64,000 nt of DNA, taken from positions 7,502,001 to 7,566,000 of the forward strand of contig OZ059896.1 in assembly GCA_964057225.1 (NCBI GenBank). The letters run 5' to 3'. Under the pieces are notes generated by a model that ran no database searches, was not told the origin of the DNA, and was given only the letters and a program-made list of their open reading frames with translations. Numbering within the stretch: position 1 is the stretch's first letter; each line of letters begins with the position of its first letter. Origin of the DNA: Auanema rhodensis (lineage: Eukaryota; Animalia; Nematoda). Shown in pieces: positions 51,196-64,000 of the stretch. Position numbers and translations under genes: made by a program.

Positions 51196-54100
51196 ATAGC
51201 TTTTAACTGAAATCATACTATTTAAACGAAAACAGCAGAAATTCCAATCAAATTCGCTGCCAACATTTAGCATTGATGAGAAATATTTGCAATAAGCGTA
51301 AGAAGTCAGAAAAAAGAAACAGAAAGAGAAAATCTGTGCAAACGGACGGTGAGTTTGATGACATGAAAATCAATACTGTGTAACTGAATGGGTGACGAGT
51401 CCAGAGATACCGTTTGAATTAGATAATAGGTTGACAAGGACGCCAGGCATAAACGTAATAACCGAAGTGTCATAAACTTGGACCATAGGGTGCAATAAAT
51501 GCCAGCTCTCCATGAATAGAGAAGGTGCCCCTGTAGGTAGCCGACGAAGCTGGCACGAGGTATGAGTAAACAATGAAGCAAGACAAGGGTAATACATATT
51601 CGGAAAATGGATGATATAGTCTTGTTATACGTCATAGTATATTTTGTAGAGATCAGAGACTCCGTCACAAAAAGCATCAGCACAACAAATAACTACAAAC
51701 GGAGAATAATCTGGCATCTTATATTTGAAGAGCTTCGAATAGACAGTGATGAACGAGCACGTTTGAAAAAGAAGAACTGCTAACAGATATATAACGGTTT
51801 GTTTGACAATATATAAATAATAGAAATTCTTGATGAATATCAAAGTAAAAATTTGCATGAATACATAAGTATAACGGTGCAAACGATCGCAAGTTACAGC
51901 CGACGAGTTATCAATGTAATGATAAGCAATGAGACAACGTACTGAATCAAAGATTCCATGATATTTTTTTGTTCCCAAGCTGGTCAGATTGAAGCATTGC
52001 AGATAATAGATTTACTGTTTAAAGGAATAAAGAAGAACAAGATGGAAATATAAACTACTTGAAGAGAGAGAAAAAGAAAAGACAAATGATGAACAAAGCA
52101 ACTTAATAGAAACAGCTTTAGAAATCGAGAGGAACAGAGAAAAGACAGGAAACAACCACCCAGTACATCAACATGGAGAAAAATGATCGGCGCATTATAC
52201 GTACAGCACGCACATACATCCTAGAATCGCGATGTTAGAAAGCTGAGAATAGATAAAAGAAAGAAAGAGTGGAATGGAGGGGAAAATAAATTAATGAAAA
52301 GAAATACTTATTATGTATGAACTACATTTATGCTCAAAGGGAGTGATAATAAGCAGAAAAAATCGATAAAACTGAAAACAGGAGTTGTTAATATAATAGC
52401 CGAATTGCCAACCTTCACTTTAGTCGACTGCATGTTCAAAATTGCAAAGACAATAACGATTCCGTAGAAATCATTTTTAATATCGTCGCGGGACGTCGGC
52501 CAGTTTGATCAAGAGAAAGAACAACTGCATTTGCTTTCATTTGATAACTTTTGCTTTTAGCTCTTGAAAATCGACAAATTACATATATGGGGTTGAAAAA
52601 TGAAGAAAATGGAACCAGTAATTAAGGATGTTTATATGGATGGAAATTTTGCAAATATGAAATTCAATAGGAGAGAAATTTCAAACGAAATGAAAAGTTA
52701 ATACGTGATTACGTAAGAGACACCTTCATAATATTTTAAAAATTTACAGCGTGAACACAAAGCGTGTAAATTTATTATTTTTACCGATAAGATGATTCAA
52801 AGTAATAGCATTATGAATAGAAAAATTTTAAAAACATACTAGAAAGAAGTAAATCTGAAAACATGGCAAAGAAAGTTTTCAATGGCATTTTGAAAAGATT
52901 TTTTGGAAGCAAAAAACAATTATCATATATTTACAATCTATTATTATTTGGGAATTGTAATCTTCGTGGAAATGTGAAGATACAATGAACATCAATAATT
53001 AAATTCAAAGACATCAACGATCTTATTCTTTATGTTAATGATTAAATCTCGTATAGTTGAAGATTTTGCTCCTCAACAATCATTTTAATAAAAGCGGAAG
53101 CAAGCAAATAAACAGAATAAATCGTCAACATATTTTATGAGAATAAAAACTCGTGCGCAACAAAAATACCTGTGTCTTGCTTTGACTGGTTATATTCCGC
53201 CATTCCTTTGCCAAATAACAAAAAAAACGGTGAAAGCAAGCATTTAAAGAAAAAATAGTAATGAAAGGATTCATTAGTATTCCAATTGACTGCAAACATC
53301 TTCCTCGCATACATTGATTTAAACGGTATATCGGATCTATACCCTAAATTGCTTTCCGATATGCCTAGAAACAATGAAAGGAAGAGATAGATATTTTGAA
53401 TAAATAAGAAGAAGAACCGAAGAGAATATTAAGTAATTAATAACCTTGGATTTGTTTCTAGAGGGGGGGGGGAAACAATTGGATTTCACTTTCATACTCA
53501 GTCGTAGTATATGTAAAATATTTATTTCCGAAATATGTGCATGTGAACCAAAATATAACATCTCTGTAAGCGATATATGTGTATTAAATATATGTATATA
53601 TTTATATAAACGAATATCATGTAGTTCGTATAACCAAATGAATATTTAAAAAAACTGATACATCATCTCAAATGTGGGTAAAATGCAATATGGGAAGACA
53701 GACAGACAAGTAGCTCTGGAATACCTTTGTGAACAGACATATCACAGGTTTTGCCAGAGAAATCGGAGAAAAACAGTCAAAGAGAAAATCAGGGCGTGGG
53801 TGAAAGAAAATGGAAGACAAAGAGAGAGAGTGTGTGTGGGCTAGAGAGAGAGAGAGATAGACGTGGATAAGAGGGAAACATACTGATCATAAGAATATAG
53901 AAAATTGTGAAAAAAAGAAGATATTGTTTCGAGAGAAACTGATTCTCTAGCTTTGTTTGTCTAAAAATGGCAGATGGAAAAAATTTCTTTAAGAGAATAA
54001 ATTCAAGAAGAGCATGCGCATTTTGTAGATAACAAACAGCTGTTTCTCTGGATAGTTTTCAGAGTTAGAGTTAGAGAATCAGAGCAAAAGCATTGTTGTT

Positions 54101-54856
54101 GAGAACAAATAGCCAGTAATACTGTCATACGAAACATCGCTTCAAATCCAATGTCTGTGTACTTACGAATGAAAAAAAAACAAATACATGGTTTTTAAAC
54201 AGCCATTAGTGTGAAACATTTCTTTGGGCACGTAGTTTGGATGCTCAGTTGTTGGTAAATTTGGACACAAAATGAGATCATTGTAGAAAACGAGATAGGA
54301 AAAATGTTGAAAATGGGAGGAGGAGCCAGAAAAAGAGTACGAGTTATTTGGAGAAAGGGTAGAGAAAGATGCACAAAGAGGCGCAAGGAGGGGGGGGGTG
54401 TTAAAGAAAGGAAAGAAAAAAAAGAAAACAGGCAAAGACAGAACAAGCAATAGTTTTTTTAAGAAACTTGTGTAATGCTGTGATTTTCATCTCTCTTTTG
54501 CCTTTTTTTATAATAAGAGTAGTAATATAAAAATAACCCACAGCCTTAATTCTATGTTACAACCTGAGGCAAGTTTTCATTTATCCAACTGCCTCGCAAA
54601 AAATATCATTTTGCTTATTTTCCCATATTCGGCAATGTTTTCTCTTGACTTTGTCAATCATAGAAGACAGAATGAAAGAAAAGTTAGATGAGATAGATTC
54701 TGATGTAGTGAGTGCTGCAGCTAGTTAAAGTTGACGATTAAGCCTGCAGATATCAAACGTAAAAAATGTAGGAAAATAAAAGCAAAAGCTGCAATGAACA
54801 ACAAATAACAAAAAAAGCCAGGTCAGATAAAAAAAATGATACATCATTGAAGTTTG

Positions 54857-60465
<5,609 letters not shown>

Positions 60466-63400
60466 CTGGTCGTTAAAGGCCTTCTCATCGATCCCATACG
60501 CTTGTCTTCTCTGTGTTCTCACCGCTGCCTATACTGCATATGTTGTGGCTTGTCTGGTTGTCTCTGAGCAGCTAGTGCTCTATATAACTGCTCTGACCAA
60601 GCTGCAGTAGCATTGGCCGTGTATGGGCAACCTCTCATCGAAGTCTCTATACAACTGGCTCATCGTCTGTTGTCTCTTCTACGCTTGAATGACATCTAGC
60701 TTGTTTGGTATCTATAATTCTCCTCGGCTTGTATTATCTATCGTCAATGTTTCTGCATGTAGAGTGGCTTCTCAGCATATATGTCTGCCAGTCTCCTCCC
60801 ACTTTTCGCGAGAGTTTTGAATTCTCTTATGTTCGACTTCTTGTCTTATATTTTATTATATTCCATACCTTTATTAGTTAAATATCAGTCAGTATACCAC
60901 AGTGAATGAGTTATTTGAGAAATTGCCGAAAAAATATTTAAGAACAACATAAAAAGTTCAATATAACAAGGAACATATGCCACTAGAATTTAATTGCGGA
61001 CATATTTCTCAAATCTAAAAAGTTTTTCCTGGACAATGTTTATGAACAAATGAAATATGACAAAAGTGAAGATATTTCTTCAACCAATGATTAAAACATC
61101 AAAACTGATCATGCATAACAACATTGAATTTTAGTTACAACCCTCAGCCAAATATGCATGTAGCTTTTTTCAAAAAATGAACAGAATTTTCAAAAAGAGC
61201 TATCATCATTCTTAAACTGAGTTTTTTTTTTGTTTTAACGGCATCCTCATAGGAGCATCGTGTAGAATTTTATTCAAAGGAAACACATTTCGAGCAATTA
61301 ATCAGTTCTTTGATTTGTATTTTATTAGCATCGTTTAGACATAGTTAAGCTCACATATGTTAGAATAAATGCAAAATTCCTCTGATACCACCCCTATTTG
61401 CAATTCATTTCTTTGTGTATGTATATATATATATATATATATATCTAATACAAAACTATATATGTAAGCAAAAGTCCACTGATTAAATGGGTGGAGGGGG
61501 AAAGGGATATATGAAGAGAGAGAAAGCGAAATAGGAGAGGAAATATAGGGCTGAACATAAGATGACAATACTCTATGGGGCTTGAAAGGAGAGGGATGTG
61601 TATTAAGAAGTTTGGATAAAATGCTGTCAAGGTACTACAAGATCTCAATAATCATAATACTTTGAGGACAACAGTAAAACGGTTTTACATGCATATTCCT
61701 TGATTATATGTAAAGTATATCAACAACAACTCTTTCACTTTCATCAAATTCCATTTTCGATCAGTTGTTTAGTATTATACAGACCAATCCATATACATTA
61801 TACATACTTATTATGTACATATATGTAAATAAGTCAATTTTATTTTCATTTCAAAATGGCTTCTAACTAATTATACTAAGCGTCATGACAGAATCCTTTA
61901 ATACTATCATATAATTAAGGAACAAAAAAAAATAATATTATTTATTTCATAATACTATTAACAAATACTTTTTATGTATTGTAGTATATGAATTTGCAAC
62001 CATGTTAATCCTGAGTCAAGATTTATAATATTTTAATAAAGATTTCTATATAATCTTTGGATTATTATGTATCACGAGCAGAATTAATTATTTTATATAA
62101 CATGTAAATGTTATAGATATGCTTATACATACATATATACATTCATATACATATATATAGATATGTATGTAGATATATATATATTATATATTATATATTA
62201 TATATATAGATAGTGTATATATAGTTTATATTCAAAAGTTGTAGTGAAACATGAGAAAATGGACGAAATATTCCATCATCATCATCATATCTGTTGTATT
62301 GATATTCAAAAAAAGTAATTTTACGGCTCTCCGTTCTCTATCTCATGTAGACTTGGAAATATCCAAGCAAACGAAATCTCCAACTTGCATTCAACTTTCA
62401 AAATTATTAGTTTTCTTTTCTTTCTTTTTCTCTCTTTTACTTTAATATTATGAATTTATTATTTCGTCCTTACTTTATCAGGGGGATTACTCCAACATAA
62501 AAATATAATTGAAAGGTAAAACGATAAATCTTAATGTTAAATAAAACATAGTTTTTATCTTTTTTTTGAAAGTTTTTATTAATTAATATGACATATTTTC
62601 ATGTTTAAGTCATATAAAATTATTTGAATAAATTTAAATTATATATACACATATGTATATAGTTTGTATTTAGTTTGTATAGATATGTACATACATAACA
62701 AGTATTTATGCACATATGTATGAAGTATCTTTCAATTTTCACATGATAATTCCGATTGTTAAAACTTTTTTCATAACTAAAATTACTATTTTTTAGCCAA
62801 ATAATAACTTATTTGGTTTATTTGAACATTTTAAAATTACTGTTTGCTCCATCCACGTTTTTGACAACATGAACATATCGAGATATAGCTGTTCTGTAAT
62901 TCATGTTTTCGTTTATTCAACTATGAATAAGTTGAAAATTTGATTTTTAGCTGTTCCCTTGGTTATAATAAATTGAAAACAAAAAGAATACTCTATGGTA
63001 TGCATTAAGACAAACATAATTTATTGTATTCATCTATATTATATATTTAGATATGAATATAATGTATTTATATTATATTTAATATAAAAAAATGAATCAG
63101 TTTTCTTTCAGGAATAAAACAAAAATATTTAAATTACAGAGGGAACAATTTATAATTTTTAAAATATAAATTGATTAACAAATAGTTAAAATATGAAATA
63201 ATAATTTTTTTATTTTTCTACTTCAAATAATAAAAATTATACATTTTGTTTTATTCATAAACACTTGTATAATATATATATATATATATATATATATTAT
63301 ACTTTTTGGTTATATAATATTTTGAGAATAAATGCTTCGAAAAGCTTTTTCTATATGATCTTTATTTGGTAATTGAATTTTCTTTGTAAAAAGCTTACTG

Positions 63401-64000
63401 AACATACATTTATTGACTTTAATTTCATGAATTCAAAATGTATAATATTAATGTAAATGAGATTGAAAAAGCAAAATTATTTTTAGATTTCCGCAATATA
63501 GTCAATGTTATTTGTTTCAAACATATGCAATAAAGCATAAATTCATATACAACTTTATTCTACAAATCAGTTAAGCAAATCATCATTACTGAAAATCCAA
63601 ACGATTCTTTCTAAAAATTGAATATGCAATGAAATTTGAAACTTTATCTGAATATTCATATTTCCGGACATCAAAACTATTGAAGGCACTGATTTATATG
63701 ATACACATAGACATTTGAATGAATATACATACATATATATATATATATATTTCTATATGTATTCTATTATATTTTACTATACTCAATGGTTATAATAAAC
63801 ATTTTGATTGTTTTATTCAAATTTTGAAATTGTAAATATGATAACAATATTTCTATTGATTTTGTGAGAGAGTTGGGAATGACTTTGGTTTGCTTAAAGC
63901 ATCAAAAGTATATAAAATGTGGAAAGTAGCAGTGGGACTTCTACATAGTTTGGGGAAAAGTTTGAGTCTCAGGAGAGATTCTTCGATTTGATAAAAACCA

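Overview
This is AT-rich eukaryotic genomic DNA from a nematode, judged by short (about 40-60 nt) GT-AG introns, TTTCAG/TTTTAG-type acceptors and close similarity to recalled C. elegans proteins. I assembled seven spliced protein-coding genes by hand, all on the minus strand. Left to right they are: a two-exon allatostatin-C/somatostatin-like neuropeptide precursor absent from the ORF track (19386-20295), a PI-PLC X-domain (PLCXD-like) protein (23458-25481), the tolloid/BMP-1 metalloprotease nas-39 (25713-30803), a secreted Cys-rich EB/WR1-type protein (32505-34568), cGMP-dependent kinase egl-4 (35444-44425), a CCM2/malcavernin orthologue (45086-51195) and CaM kinase I cmk-1 (54857-60465). The first ~18 kb holds no recognisable gene and is rich in strand-biased (GA)n and poly-G tracts. 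Other observations: a mariner-type MITE in a nas-39 intron, a candidate nas-39/PLCXD operon, several candidate alternative first exons of egl-4 (one would remove the autoinhibitory N-terminus), phase-incompatible alternative exons in ccm-2, a possible decayed Maverick/Polinton protease relic, and a GC-rich hairpin in egl-4 intron 1. I found no clear evidence of a wholly new multi-gene system. All homology calls rest on recalled sequences, not database searches.
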